64,000 bases of DNA from Acidimicrobiales bacterium (GCA_029263175.1 JAJCXZ010000059.1:17909-81908); one strand, 5' to 3'. Shown: positions 16,168-26,449, counted from the first letter of the stretch. The notes: generated from the letters alone by a model not told the origin. Numbers and translations: made by a program.

Positions 16168-17188
16168 GCGCCTCCATCACCGGTCGCCAGGTGTTGATGT
16201 CACTGCCGCCCGGCGCGTAGAAGCTGATCCGGTCGACGACATCGCCATAGCGGCGGGTCAACTCGGGGGCGATCGTGGCGGGCTCGCCGACGACGGCGAA
16301 GGTATTGAGAACCTCATCGTCGATGAGACGGCCCATCTCGACCCAGTTGCCCTTCTTCGAGAGGGTGTTGAGTTCGGGATGCAGCCCTTCCCAACCGTGG
16401 AGTTCGAATACCTTGGCGTAAGCGGGGGTCGAGCCGTAGAACGCGATCTGTTGGCGAGTGGCCGCCGCGGCGTTCTCCATCTCTTCCTCGTTCTTGCCGC
16501 TGACCACGAAGAACGGACCGGAGATCATGAAGTCGTCCATCGACTTGCCCGCCCGCTTGCGCCCCTTGGCGACGTTCGGGATGGTGACTTCGCGGAGGTA
16601 CTTCTCGGTGGTGAATCCGTGGCAGATGATGCCGTCGCAGACTTCGCCGGCGGTTTGAGCCATGAGCTCGCCGACTGCAGCCAGCCAGATCTTCGGCGGT
16701 CCGAACTCTTCGAGATCTGACCTGTCGGGCTCGAAGAACGGTGTCATCAGGCGGTGCTGGTAGAACTCGCCGCGATGGTTGAGACGCTCACCGGTCTCCC
16801 ACGTGTGCCAAATGGCCCGGACAGCCTCGACCATTTCGCGCATGCGGGCGGCCGGCTTTGACCACTCCATGGAAAAGCGTTTCTCGATGTGGGGCTTGAT
16901 CTGGGTGCCGAGGCCGAGATGGAACCGTCCCTTGGTCAGTGCCTGGAGGTCCCACCCGAGGTTGGCCAGCAGCATCGGGTTTCGGGCGAAGGCAACAGCG
17001 ATGCCGGTGCCGAACTCGAGACGCTCCGTGTGGCCGGCCGCGACAGCAATCGGAAGGAACGGATCGTGGCTGGTCTCTGCGGTCCACACCCCGTCGTAGC
17101 CGGCCTCTTCCTGGGCGCGGGCCTGGGCGGCGATCTTTTCGATGTCGGGTGATTGCCCGAGTCCTCCGTCAACTTTCATGGCGGGCAA
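16148..17188 (-). CDS. LLM-class (luciferase-like) F420-dependent oxidoreductase
   Basis: Track ORF whose sequence (GYDGVWTAETSHDPFLP...RFHLGLGTQIKPHIEKRFSM) resembles the actinobacterial luciferase-like monooxygenase family. The start could instead be the inner ATG 9 nt downstream. Confidence 0.85.
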   Translation of the reverse strand: MPAMKVDGGLGQSPDIEKIAAQARAQEEAGYDGVWTAETSHDPFLPIAVAAGHTERLEFGTGIAVAFARNPMLLANLGWDLQALTKGRFHLGLGTQIKPHIEKRFSMEWSKPAARMREMVEAVRAIWHTWETGERLNHRGEFYQHRLMTPFFEPDRSDLEEFGPPKIWLAAVGELMAQTAGEVCDGIICHGFTTEKYLREVTIPNVAKGRKRAGKSMDDFMISGPFFVVSGKNEEEMENAAAATRQQIAFYGSTPAYAKVFELHGWEGLHPELNTLSKKGNWVEMGRLIDDEVLNTFAVVGEPATIAPELTRRYGDVVDRISFYAPGGSDINTWRPVMEALKTGRP

Positions 17189-17274
17189 GCTAGTGGAGGA
17201 GTATTCGTTCGGCCGAATCGGTGTCCGATGGGGAGTTCGGCTGGATGACGTCCTGATGACGGGCTGCGCGTTTC

Positions 17275-17967
17275 ATGTCGATCATGAGAAAACTCGCAAT
17301 CCTCGTCGCCACTGTCCTACTCGGTGCTGCGTGCAGTTCCAGCCCGACGGAGCCGTCCACGACGGAAACCGGGTCGGGCGACGCTGCATCCGACGAGGTG
17401 GTCGTCGAAGAGGAGCCGGTTGTCGAGGAGGAGCCGGTTGTCGAGGAGGAGCCGGAGCCCGTCATCGAGCCGATGACCCTCGCCCTTGGTCCCGATCCGA
17501 TCGGATCGACCGATCCGCTCGAGACCGTCAACCATCTCGCCTCGGTCGACGTGTGGCCCGGTGACGATGGTGTTGTCGTGCAGTTCCCGACGATGGAGAA
17601 CGGTGGCGTTCGGGTCGAGGTGCAGGATCAGATACAGCAGATCGACGCCTTCTGTGACCTCTACATGAGCGGTGACGAACTCGTCGCGACATGCACGGGC
17701 TACAACCGGGCCGACGGTTCGTTCCTCGAACAGGAGGAACGAACCATCGTGGATGTTGCGGCGGGCTACGCCTTCTCGGTGCCGCTCTCTGCCGATGCCA
17801 ACTATGTCGTTCTGACGATCGGTGGCGTCGAGTACATGGCCCCGACCGCAGTCTTCTCCGATGCGCCGGGGATGGTGCAGATCAACCCGGACGGTTCGTT
17901 GGCCAACGAGGTAGTCCGCATCATCGGTATCGGCACCGCCGCTGACGTGGCCGCGGCGATCGGCTGA
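17275..17967 (+). CDS. lipoprotein with acidic EEEPVV repeats
   Basis: Track ORF with signal peptide plus lipobox (LLGAAC) followed by VVVEEEPVVEEEPVVEEEPEPV. No family recognised. Confidence 0.7.
   Translation: MSIMRKLAILVATVLLGAACSSSPTEPSTTETGSGDAASDEVVVEEEPVVEEEPVVEEEPEPVIEPMTLALGPDPIGSTDPLETVNHLASVDVWPGDDGVVVQFPTMENGGVRVEVQDQIQQIDAFCDLYMSGDELVATCTGYNRADGSFLEQEERTIVDVAAGYAFSVPLSADANYVVLTIGGVEYMAPTAVFSDAPGMVQINPDGSLANEVVRIIGIGTAADVAAAIG
17404..17457 (+). repeat. 18-bp tandem repeat x3 (gtcgaggaggagccggtt)
   Basis: Three adjacent near-identical 18-mers encode the V-E-E-E-P-V units of the lipoprotein. Confidence 0.85.
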
Positions 17968-17974
17968 TCCCCTC

Positions 17975-18814
17975 TCAGGGGTCGGTCGTTGTGGCCATGA
18001 GATCCTCGAACGCGGCTGCCGCCCCGGTGGACAACCCGCCGACCGTCAGCACGCGATCGTCGATCTGGGTGATTGGCATCACGTCGCGAGTGGACGACGT
18101 GAGGAACGCTTCGGCCGTCGTGGTCAGGTGTTCCATCGGCACTTCGATCTCTTCGCATCCGATCACCTCGATGACGAGCTCGCGAGTGACGCCCGCCAGA
18201 CAACCCGATGAGAGCGGCGGAGTGACAAGGCGTCCCTCGAACTCGACGAAGATGTTGGTGCCCGTGCCCTCGCACAGGTTGCCGATCGTGTTCGGGAAGA
18301 TCGCTTCCGACGCTCCGGCCTCCTTGGCCCGGGCGAGAGCCACGACGTTTTCGGCGTAGCTGGTCGACTTGACGCCGGCGAGCGCGCCTCGTTCGTTGCG
18401 GGGCCACGGCACGGTGATGACGTGTGCGGTCGAATCCCATCCCCGGTTCGGACCGAGAGCGATGAGCACGGTGGGTTCACTCTCGTTGCGGCCGGAGCCG
18501 AGTGGACCGCGGCCCGCGGTGACCGTTATGCGGACGATTCCGGCATCGGGCCGGGTGGCGAGGGAGGCGGCGATCGCCGAGCCGAGCTCGTCGTCGGTCA
18601 TCGGGAGGTCGAGCAGGAGGCCGGCCAACGAGCGACGTAGGCGGCGCAGATGGCGGGTCAATGCGAAGGGTTCGCCGCGCACCACGCCGGTGGTCTCGAA
18701 ACACCCGTCGCCGACGGTGAACCCATGATCGACCGCCGAGAGCGTTGCCGCGTTCGGAGCGACCAGTTCGCCGTTCAGCCACCACCGTTCTGAGCGGTTC
18801 TCGGTCGCCATCAT
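17975..18814 (-). CDS. class IV aminotransferase (branched-chain aminotransferase / aminodeoxychorismate lyase family)
   Basis: Track ORF 17975..19039 trimmed to ATG comp. 18812-18814 (MMATENRSERWWLNGELV...), an ATGA overlap with the upstream gene stop. It has fold-type IV motifs (GFTVGDGCFET, EGTGTNIF). Confidence 0.85.
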   Translation of the reverse strand: MMATENRSERWWLNGELVAPNAATLSAVDHGFTVGDGCFETTGVVRGEPFALTRHLRRLRRSLAGLLLDLPMTDDELGSAIAASLATRPDAGIVRITVTAGRGPLGSGRNESEPTVLIALGPNRGWDSTAHVITVPWPRNERGALAGVKSTSYAENVVALARAKEAGASEAIFPNTIGNLCEGTGTNIFVEFEGRLVTPPLSSGCLAGVTRELVIEVIGCEEIEVPMEHLTTTAEAFLTSSTRDVMPITQIDDRVLTVGGLSTGAAAAFEDLMATTTDP

Positions 18815-19380
18815 GCCGGGTCGCCGCAATCGCTGAACCAGGTGTATTCGTCGCCGACGAGCTGCCAGTGGAGCTCGCGGGCGACGGCGTCGTCGCCGGT
18901 GCCGACCTCGACCTCCACGGTCGTCACAGCGGCGATCGAGGTGGTGAGTCCGTCGGTCGTGTAGTCCCATGGTCCGACGACACCCTCGGCGCGGAACGTG
19001 AGCGCGGGAGCGGTGACATCCTCGAGATAGGTACGGCACACATCCGAGCCGTATCGATCGAGCGTGGCCTGATTCAAACGGGCGAGCAGGAAGTCGATGT
19101 CGTCGTCGGCGAATGCCGCCAGGTAGAGGCCAAAGAACGATTCGACCGTTTCGGTGGCAGGCACTGTAGTGGTCGTAGTGGTCGTAGTGGTCGTAGTGGT
19201 CGTGGTCGTGGTTGTTGTGGTTGTGGTCGTGGTTGTGGTTGATGTGCTGGTCGAGGTCGGCGCCGCATCCTCTGATCCGCCCGTCGTGAGGCCGAGGATC
19301 GCGATGACAATCAGCACCGCACCGAGGGCGATCAGCACGTACCCGGTCCGACGTTGGTCCATCCCGTCATGATGCACCAT
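18811..19380 (-). CDS. membrane-anchored protein with poly-Thr linker, unknown function
   Basis: Track ORF with a TM anchor (YVLIALGAVLIVIAILGL), a TSTSTS(T)25 linker and a C-terminal domain of about 110 aa. Confidence 0.65.
   Translation of the reverse strand: MVHHDGMDQRRTGYVLIALGAVLIVIAILGLTTGGSEDAAPTSTSTSTTTTTTTTTTTTTTTTTTTTTTTTTVPATETVESFFGLYLAAFADDDIDFLLARLNQATLDRYGSDVCRTYLEDVTAPALTFRAEGVVGPWDYTTDGLTTSIAAVTTVEVEVGTGDDAVARELHWQLVGDEYTWFSDCGDPA
19165..19257 (-). repeat. Thr/Ser codon tract (31 codons) including a 9-bp sub-repeat agtggtcgt
   Basis: The plus strand reads tgtagtggtcgtagtggtcgtagtggtcgtagtggtcgtggtcgtggttgt..., in frame in gene 18811..19380. Confidence 0.9.
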
Positions 19381-19415
19381 CCGGGACTGTCATACCCCCT
19401 GTTCATGATGAAGGG

Positions 19416-19688
19416 GTGCAGAGCACTGACTTCATCGAACGCATGGCGATCAACCTCATGGTGACCACCCTTGATCACCCTGTCGCGGCAGCCGTTGCGC
19501 GGTCGGCCCGCATCAGCGAGCTCTGCGGCCCCGAGGACTTCGCCGGCCGGCACGGGCTCACGGTCCCGCTGATCGAGTCGGCCGAGGCGGGTCGCATTCC
19601 GTTCGGTTCGCTTCCGGCCGGGTATGGAGCCGTGCTGGCCGCGCTCGAGGTCGATCTCCTGGCAATGGCCGACCTCGCGTCGACCTAG
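19416..19688 (+). CDS. small hypothetical protein (possible HTH)
   Basis: Track ORF with a GTG start and GC-rich third positions. No family recognised, and the start is uncertain. Confidence 0.4.
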   Translation: MQSTDFIERMAINLMVTTLDHPVAAAVARSARISELCGPEDFAGRHGLTVPLIESAEAGRIPFGSLPAGYGAVLAALEVDLLAMADLAST

Positions 19689-20671
19689 GCCTCCGTCAGC
19701 TCCTGGCAGCGCGCCCACAAGTCTTCGTCGACCTCGACCTCGGTCGCCCGTCGGCCGTCCGCGCCGGGGAGTCGAGCCCCGGGTTGCTCGCTCACGAGTG
19801 CGCCGAGCCGGCGAAGTCGATCGATGAACGCTCCGTCGGCATGGGCGCTCGGGTCGATCACGAGATAGTGCTGCCCGATGTTGTGCGGTGAGCCGTCCGG
19901 CGATTTCAGCGGCGGGATGTCGGCGCTGAGATTCGAACCGGTGAGCGCACCGGCGAGAATCTCGACGAGGAGTCCTATGCCGTAGCCCTTGTGACCTCCG
20001 GCCGAGAGCATCGAGCCGGCGACCGCTTCTGCCGGGTCGGTGGTCGGGTTTCCTTCGGCGTCGACGGCCCAACCCGGTGGAATGGACTCTCCTTTGGCGG
20101 CGGCCATGGTGATCGTGCCCAACGCCACGGCACTGGTGGCGAAGTCGAACTGGAACGCAATACCGCCCTCGCCATCCGGTACGGCCATGGCAATCGGGTT
20201 GGTGCCGAGGACGGCGCGTGAACCACCTGGCGGGGCCACGCGCGGCGATGCGTTGGTGGCACCGATGGCGATCATTCCGGCGAGTGCGAGCTGTTCGGTG
20301 AAGTAGCCGAGCGAGGTGGCAGTGTGGGAGTGAGCAACCGAGAACGAACAGACTCCATTGGTGCGGGCCGCAGCCACCGCTTGCTCGAAGCCGGCCGCGA
20401 AGGCGGGTTGGGCGAACCCGAGCCCGGCGTCCACGATCACGGTGCCGGGTCGCGGGACAGACACAATCGGCTCGACGGATCCGTCGACCCGCCCCGTGCC
20501 GAGCTGCGTGCAGTAGCTCTCCAGGTACGAGAGCCCGCAGATCCGGTTCCCGTTGGATTCGGCCACCGCTGTTGCGTGGGCGACATGGCCGGCAACGTTC
20601 GGCGCCGCCCCTGCGGCAACCAGGGCGGACCGAGCGATGGACTCGATCTCTGGCACTGCTACACGAATCAT
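19685..20671 (-). CDS. Ldh_2 family (malate/L-lactate/ureidoglycolate-type) dehydrogenase
   Basis: Track ORF 19685..20980 trimmed to ATG comp. 20669-20671 (MIRVAVPEIESIARSALVAAG...). It has the GGHKGYGIGLLVEILAGALTG motif. Confidence 0.85.
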   Translation of the reverse strand: MIRVAVPEIESIARSALVAAGAAPNVAGHVAHATAVAESNGNRICGLSYLESYCTQLGTGRVDGSVEPIVSVPRPGTVIVDAGLGFAQPAFAAGFEQAVAAARTNGVCSFSVAHSHTATSLGYFTEQLALAGMIAIGATNASPRVAPPGGSRAVLGTNPIAMAVPDGEGGIAFQFDFATSAVALGTITMAAAKGESIPPGWAVDAEGNPTTDPAEAVAGSMLSAGGHKGYGIGLLVEILAGALTGSNLSADIPPLKSPDGSPHNIGQHYLVIDPSAHADGAFIDRLRRLGALVSEQPGARLPGADGRRATEVEVDEDLWARCQELTEA

Positions 20672-20704
20672 GGGCCGCACTTTACGTCGGATACTGTCGC
20701 CGTC

Positions 20705-21796
20705 ATGAAGGTTCTCGTCATGGGTGGTACCCAATTCAATGGTCTGGCTCTCGTCCACGAACTCGTTGCCCAAGGGCACGATGTCTCGGTCTGTAATCGA
20801 GGGCGAACCGAATCCGACATCCCGGACTCGGTGCACCGACTCGTTGCTGACCGCACCGATCACGATCAGCTTCGTCGGGCGCTGGCGGGTACGAACTGGG
20901 ACTGCGTCCACGACCTGAGCGCGTACCATCCCGAAGACGTCGAGATCATGCTCGAGATCCTGCCGGGCCACGTCGGCCATTACATCTTCGCCAGCTCAAC
21001 GGTCACCTATCGGTCAAAGAATGGACCGATCACCGAGGCAGATCCCGACGAGCGCGGTGAGACACAGATCGAGTATGGCCTGCACAAGTTGCTGTGCGAG
21101 GACCTCCTGTTCGCGGCCCATGCCGAAACCGGGTTCCCGGCATCCACCGTGCCGTTCTCCATGGTGCTCGGTCCGCACAACGCAATGACCGATCGCGAGC
21201 AGCGCATGTTCCGACGGGTTCTCGACGGTCGACCGATCCTTGTCCCCGGCGATGGTTCAACGCTTCTTCAGGTCGGTGATGTCACCGACCAGGCGCGAGC
21301 CATGGAGCAGATGATGGGCAAGGAGGTCACGTTTGGCCGGCGCTACAACGTCACCGGCGCGGCGGGAATCAGTCGCAACGACTATGTGGCCATGATCGGT
21401 CGAGTGGTGGGCCGCGAGCCAGTCGTGGAAGCGGTGCCGGATTCGCTGATGGAAGCGCTGTGGACGGGTCGGGAGTCCGTCACGATCGGCGCACCGAGCG
21501 GTGCTCTCGACACCCGCTCATCGACGCCGCCCGACCCGACCAGCCCCCGGGCAATCCTTCGCACCCGTTTCATGTTGTGCCTCAACATGGTCCAACAGCT
21601 GGCGCCGAACGTCCATTGGTGGAACCAGGACACCGTCTTCAGTACCGATCGGCTCCGAGCCGATGTGGGGTGGGCGCCCGAGCAGACCACGGAATCGATG
21701 CTTGCCCGCACCTACGAATGGTGGCAGGGAAGCGAGAACGCGACCTTGGAGTACGACTGGAGCACCGAGGAGCAGATTCGCTCCTTGATCGGCTGA
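20705..21796 (+). CDS. NAD-dependent epimerase/dehydratase family protein
   Basis: Track ORF 20324..21796 trimmed to ATG 20705 (MKVLVMGGTQFNGLALVHELVAQGHDV, a Rossmann GxxGxxG-type motif). Confidence 0.85.
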   Translation: MKVLVMGGTQFNGLALVHELVAQGHDVSVCNRGRTESDIPDSVHRLVADRTDHDQLRRALAGTNWDCVHDLSAYHPEDVEIMLEILPGHVGHYIFASSTVTYRSKNGPITEADPDERGETQIEYGLHKLLCEDLLFAAHAETGFPASTVPFSMVLGPHNAMTDREQRMFRRVLDGRPILVPGDGSTLLQVGDVTDQARAMEQMMGKEVTFGRRYNVTGAAGISRNDYVAMIGRVVGREPVVEAVPDSLMEALWTGRESVTIGAPSGALDTRSSTPPDPTSPRAILRTRFMLCLNMVQQLAPNVHWWNQDTVFSTDRLRADVGWAPEQTTESMLARTYEWWQGSENATLEYDWSTEEQIRSLIG

Positions 21797-21833
21797 CCCA
21801 GCGCCCGGGGAACGGTGTGCCAACATTCAGGCC

Positions 21834-23108
21834 ATGTTTCGGCGTGTCATCGCCGGCCTGATTCTCGGGCCCGCGCTTCTCATTGGTTCGTTTGCGTGGT
21901 CGGGATATCTTGCGCTGCGTTCCGTTTTCGATGAAGACAGGACCGAGAAGGTCGCCGAGGAGCTGCTGAGCAACGATGAGGTGCGGGCGCAACTGGCCGA
22001 GAACCTCGGCGTTGCCATCGCCGCAGCGCTCCCCGACGATGTCCCGCTCACCTCCGAACAGATCGACGCCGCCGCACTCCGAGTGCTCGATGACGAACGT
22101 GTCACCGACCTGTTCCTCGTGGCCTTCGGCTCAACTCATCGGGCCTTCCTCGGGGAAGGTGACGCCCCGCAGTCGCTTGATCTCGCTCCCGCGGCGGCAG
22201 CGGCTCGAGAGCAGATCGCGGCCATCTCGCCGACGGCCGCGGCGTCGCTCCCGGAGACGCCAGACTTCGTGGTGGAGCTGCCGACGGAGAAGATCCCGAA
22301 CGCCAGTCCGGTGAAGTCATTCCTCGAGACCGCCGTGCCCTTCCTGGCGGGTATCTCAGTGGTGCTCGTGTTGATGGCGTTTCTCACGACGAGCGATCGT
22401 CCGTCGGTTCTGGCCCGTGCGGCGCGATGGGCCATCGCGGCCACGGCCATCTATCTGTTGTTCGGCCTTGGTGTCCCCGCGCTGCTGCGGGCGGTTGCCC
22501 CCGACCAGGTCGAGGTGCTGGCAGCCCTGCTCACAGCAGTTCTTCGAGAAACACTGGTGCCCTCGATCGCGCTCGGCGTCGTCGGCGCCGGCCTCTTGGT
22601 GGCGTCGTGGCTGTGGCCGGAGGGAGGCCGCCGGTCTGCGGCCGCACCGCAACCGCAACCGCGACCGCAACCGCGGCCCCAACCCGTTCCGGCCCCCGTT
22701 CAGGCCCAGCCGGCGCGCCAAACGGCCCCGCGTATCGCCGAGCCGACCACCCCTGCTCGCAACCCCGTCACCCCACCGGCGGCCGCTCGGCCCGCCGCAC
22801 CACCGCTGCCAGCACCCCCGCCCCGCCCAGCGGCGCCTCGGCCCGCGCCGACTCCACCGCCTGCGGAGCCGACGTCGTTTCGCCCGACGCTGCCGACACG
22901 GTCAAGCCCTGGTGAGGTCGAACTACCGTCGTGGACGGGCGACACGGAATCGCCCCCGGCGGAGGAGGCCAACATCACCTGGCTTCCGCCTCGGTGGGTG
23001 GAGGCCCACGGCTGGGTTCTCGATCCCGCCGACACGCGTCCGATCCCGCCCAACGCTCGTTGGGTCGAGGGAGTCGGACACATCGTGCCCGGGCCGCCCC
23101 CTAGTTGA
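21834..23108 (+). CDS. multi-pass membrane protein with Pro-rich C-terminal tail
   Basis: Track ORF with several hydrophobic segments followed by PQPQPRPQPRPQPVPAP... and a C-terminal Trp-containing segment. No family recognised. Confidence 0.7.
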   Translation: MFRRVIAGLILGPALLIGSFAWSGYLALRSVFDEDRTEKVAEELLSNDEVRAQLAENLGVAIAAALPDDVPLTSEQIDAAALRVLDDERVTDLFLVAFGSTHRAFLGEGDAPQSLDLAPAAAAAREQIAAISPTAAASLPETPDFVVELPTEKIPNASPVKSFLETAVPFLAGISVVLVLMAFLTTSDRPSVLARAARWAIAATAIYLLFGLGVPALLRAVAPDQVEVLAALLTAVLRETLVPSIALGVVGAGLLVASWLWPEGGRRSAAAPQPQPRPQPRPQPVPAPVQAQPARQTAPRIAEPTTPARNPVTPPAAARPAAPPLPAPPPRPAAPRPAPTPPPAEPTSFRPTLPTRSSPGEVELPSWTGDTESPPAEEANITWLPPRWVEAHGWVLDPADTRPIPPNARWVEGVGHIVPGPPPS

Positions 23109-24633
23109 TCTGCTTCTCCATGCCCTCCCAGTAGGGCGAGCGAAGCTTGTATTTCTGAAGCTTGCCGGTGGCGGTGCGAGCAAGCTCGTCACGGAACTCC
23201 ACCCTCGTCGGGCACTTGTAGTGGGCAATGAGTTCGCGACAGTGGTCGATCAGATCGCGCTCGGTGGCCTCGATCCCAGGAGCAAGCACCACGAGGGCCA
23301 TCACGGTCTCGCCCCACTTCTCGTGCGGCACGCCGATCACGGCTGTCTCGAGTACGGCCGGATGCGAGAACAGGGCATCCTCCACTTCGATGGACGACAC
23401 GTTTTCGCCGCCGGAGATGATGACGTCCTTCTTGCGGTCGGCGATCGTGACGTAGTTCTCGTCGTCGATGATGCCGCCGTCGCCGGTATGGAACCAGTCG
23501 TCCTCGAGCGCTTCGGCGGAAGCATCGGGATTGTCCCAGTAGCTCTTCAGAATGTGATTGCCGCGGGCGAGGAGCTCGCCATCGGACGCGACGTCCATCG
23601 TGACACCGAACGCGGGAGCACCGGCTCGCGAGAGCTTGGCTGCCCGCTCGTTGGGGGTGAGATCGTCCCATTCCGCCCGTGAGCGGTTGATGGTGAGCAG
23701 AGGAGCGGTCTCGGTCAAGCCGTAGATCTGGATGAACTCCCAGCCGAGTTCGGTTTCGACCCGTTCGATGGTGCGGGTCGGAGGCGGTGCTCCGGCAACG
23801 ATGATGCGCACGCGATCGCGACCGGGAATCTCGCCGTCCCATTCGGCGGCTGCGTCGAGGATGGCGGAAACCACGGCCGGAGCGCCGCACATGACGGTGA
23901 CGCCGTGTTGTTCGACCCGGCGCAGGATCTCGGCGCCGTTCACCTGACGCAACACCACCTGAGGGACACCCATGGCGGTCATGGCATAGGGCATGCCCCA
24001 GCCGTTGCAGTGGAACATGGGCAACGTGTGGAGGTAGACGTCGCGGTCGTTCACGCCGGCGTGCCAGCCGAAGACCGCCGAGTTGGTCCACAGGTTGCGG
24101 TGGGTCATCTCCACGCCCTTGGGGCGGGCGGTGGTGCCACTCGTGTAGTTGATCGTGGCCGTGGCATCCTCATCGGGCTCCCACGGCTCGGGTTCGACAC
24201 CCATCTTGTAGAGCGAGTCGGAGTCCTCGCCGGCGATGAAGAGGTGAGGAACTTCGATGTCGCCGAGCGAATCCTTGAGCTCAGGATCGATGATGAGCAC
24301 CTCGCAGCCGGAATGCTTGACGATGTAGTCGACCTCCGCTCGGCTGAGGCGAAAGTTGATGGGCACGGCCACGCGGCCGTAGGCGCTGGCGCCGAAGAGC
24401 ACCGTCAGGAGGCGTGCCGAGTTCTGCGAGACGATTCCGATGCGTGCACCGAGGTCGAGGCCAAGTGCATCAAGGCCGGCCGCGAGGCCTTTGGCCAGTT
24501 CGGCGAACCGGCTGTAGGTGATTCCGTCGAGGGCTGGTGCAGGCTGATCCGGCTCGTCGATGACGCCGATGCGGTCGCCGTAGACAAGGTCTGCCCGCCG
24601 AATGTGGTCGGCGACGGTCATTGGTGTCTGCAT
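23101..24633 (-). CDS. acyl-CoA synthetase (AMP-forming adenylating enzyme)
   Basis: Track ORF 23101..24663 trimmed to ATG comp. 24631-24633, which is preceded by GGGGAGAAG. It has the AMP-binding motif YTSGTTARPKGV. Confidence 0.9.
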   Translation of the reverse strand: MQTPMTVADHIRRADLVYGDRIGVIDEPDQPAPALDGITYSRFAELAKGLAAGLDALGLDLGARIGIVSQNSARLLTVLFGASAYGRVAVPINFRLSRAEVDYIVKHSGCEVLIIDPELKDSLGDIEVPHLFIAGEDSDSLYKMGVEPEPWEPDEDATATINYTSGTTARPKGVEMTHRNLWTNSAVFGWHAGVNDRDVYLHTLPMFHCNGWGMPYAMTAMGVPQVVLRQVNGAEILRRVEQHGVTVMCGAPAVVSAILDAAAEWDGEIPGRDRVRIIVAGAPPPTRTIERVETELGWEFIQIYGLTETAPLLTINRSRAEWDDLTPNERAAKLSRAGAPAFGVTMDVASDGELLARGNHILKSYWDNPDASAEALEDDWFHTGDGGIIDDENYVTIADRKKDVIISGGENVSSIEVEDALFSHPAVLETAVIGVPHEKWGETVMALVVLAPGIEATERDLIDHCRELIAHYKCPTRVEFRDELARTATGKLQKYKLRSPYWEGMEKQIN

Positions 24634-24710
24634 TGCTTCTCCCCTGATGCGAGCCCTGATCATTTCGCAAAAAACAAAACTCGTACAACACTTGCAGGCA
24701 CAATTGGTGT

Positions 24711-25082
24711 GTGACAGTGCGCGTCGACAAGTGGATGTGGTCGGTTCGGGCGTTCAAGACCCGCACCCAGGCCACCACCGCGTGCACCGAGGGTCGTGTC
24801 TTCGTCAACGATGTCGCGGCCAAGCCGTCGACCAAGATCGGCCCGGGCGACGTGGTTCGAGCCCGGCGCCGTGAGCGGACCTACATCTATCTCGTGATCG
24901 AGACCATCGAGAAACGGGTGTCCGCTCAGCGGGCGGCGGAGTGCTTCGAGGATCGTTCGCCGCCACCCGAACCCAGTGATCACCTGACGACGCCGGTGTT
25001 CGCCCAGCGCGACCGTGGCGCGGGCCGACCGACGAAGCGTGACCGCCGCCAGATCGACAGGTTGCGGGGGCGGAGAAGGTAG
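24711..25082 (+). CDS. S4-domain RNA-binding protein (Hsp15-like)
   Basis: Track ORF with a GTG start. VRVDKWMWSVRAFKTRTQATTACTEGRVFVNDVAAKPS matches the S4/Hsp15 N-terminal pattern. Confidence 0.75.
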   Translation: MTVRVDKWMWSVRAFKTRTQATTACTEGRVFVNDVAAKPSTKIGPGDVVRARRRERTYIYLVIETIEKRVSAQRAAECFEDRSPPPEPSDHLTTPVFAQRDRGAGRPTKRDRRQIDRLRGRRR

Positions 25083-25093
25083 AGCCGCCGGAG

Positions 25094-26449
25094 CTAGCCG
25101 AGCCAGAGCTCGGTTTCGGGATGGAACTGGCTCCACGCGAACCAGAACGCCTGGTGAGTGGGGAGTTCGGCGCCGTCGGCGGCGAACGCGATGAATCCGC
25201 CGCCTGACGCCTGAAGCATCACGCCGGCGTTGTCGACCCCCTCGCCACGGTCGAAGGCCGCCTTCGCGGCGGCGACAGCGAAGGCGACCGGTGTGCCGTC
25301 GTCCGTCACCACGCCGACAATCGGCGCCTGTACATCGAGGCGGGGGTCGACAGCACCGATCGGGAAGATCGGGCCGTTGTCGTCTCGACCCCGGAGCGGA
25401 TCGGCGAGATACGAACGGCCATAGCCGCCGTCAGAGGCCAGTACGAATGATTCGGGATGATCGGCTTTCCAGTCGCCCCAGGTCGTCGTCACAACGCTGA
25501 CCTGCTCCAGCACCACACCGGCGTCCTGAAGCGGACCACTGAGGGCAACGCCGGTGAACGTGTCGAAGACCGAGCGGGTGTGGAACTCGTACATGACCTT
25601 GTTGGAGCGAGAAAGCAGACCACTCGTGCGAAGTTCATACGTTTCGGTGCCAAGGTCGGTGAGGTAGGCCTGAGCAGATCCACACAGCGTGCAGTAGGGG
25701 ATCCCGACGCGACGGCCACCGATGGTCATGTTGATCATCTCGTGGACCTCCATCATGTTCTTCGGGAAGGCGACCGCCTCGCCGTTCACCTCGACTCCGA
25801 AGACGAGCCGGTCATCGGCGAGCCAGTCGTCGTCGGTGTTGGCCTGCACGACGGCGGGGTCGTTGAGGGCGGGTATGCAGCCTTCCGGGCAGCCGAGCTG
25901 CGTCAGGTGAAGCGGGCGGTCGTCGATGCGCACGCCACCCCAGGACAACCAGCGCCAGTCGATGTCGGCGTCCTCGTCAGCAAAGAACGGGGCCCATCCC
26001 GGTTCGACGAGTTCGAAGATCCGTCCTTTCCACTCGCGATATCCGGGCGGCGCCGGCGTGTCCCACACGAGCAGATGGTTCGTCGTCGTGCCCCAGACAT
26101 CCCGGTCGGCCTCGACCACGATGCCGGTGTTGGCAATCCACGCGTCGACGGCTGCCGCGCCCAGCGGGACATCCGGCGGTACGAAGCGCAGGAGATCGGA
26201 GAACAACCAGGCCAGGCGAGGATCGTCGGCGCTGCCCAAGCGAACGAGTGCGTCGAGGTCGGGCGTCCCGGTCGGCAACGAGTCGATCAGACTGTCGATG
26301 TCGGCGACCACGGAAACGGGGAGAGCGCCCCGCGGCGCTTCGGGCGCGGCCGGATTGTCGCCCGCCGGTTCGGTGTCGACCGAGCACGCGGTGAAGACCA
26401 GGGCTGACGACAGCAGCAAGATGGCGCCGCGGCGACGTCGCTCGAACAT
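25094..26449 (-). CDS. DUF3179-like lipoprotein
   Basis: Track ORF 25094..26587 trimmed to ATG comp. 26447-26449 (MFERRRRGAILLLSSALVFTAC, with a lipobox). The core FGVEVNGEAVAFPKNMMEVHEMINMTIGGRRVGIPYCTLCGS resembles DUF3179. Confidence 0.8.
   Translation of the reverse strand: MFERRRRGAILLLSSALVFTACSVDTEPAGDNPAAPEAPRGALPVSVVADIDSLIDSLPTGTPDLDALVRLGSADDPRLAWLFSDLLRFVPPDVPLGAAAVDAWIANTGIVVEADRDVWGTTTNHLLVWDTPAPPGYREWKGRIFELVEPGWAPFFADEDADIDWRWLSWGGVRIDDRPLHLTQLGCPEGCIPALNDPAVVQANTDDDWLADDRLVFGVEVNGEAVAFPKNMMEVHEMINMTIGGRRVGIPYCTLCGSAQAYLTDLGTETYELRTSGLLSRSNKVMYEFHTRSVFDTFTGVALSGPLQDAGVVLEQVSVVTTTWGDWKADHPESFVLASDGGYGRSYLADPLRGRDDNGPIFPIGAVDPRLDVQAPIVGVVTDDGTPVAFAVAAAKAAFDRGEGVDNAGVMLQASGGGFIAFAADGAELPTHQAFWFAWSQFHPETELWLG

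Noticed and set aside
17208-17217. 10-bp palindrome TTCGGCCGAA in the divergent intergenic region between the LLM oxidoreductase and the lipoprotein gene
   Set aside because: Roughly 60 perfect 10-bp palindromes are expected by chance in 64 kb. No second copy or associated regulator gene is present.
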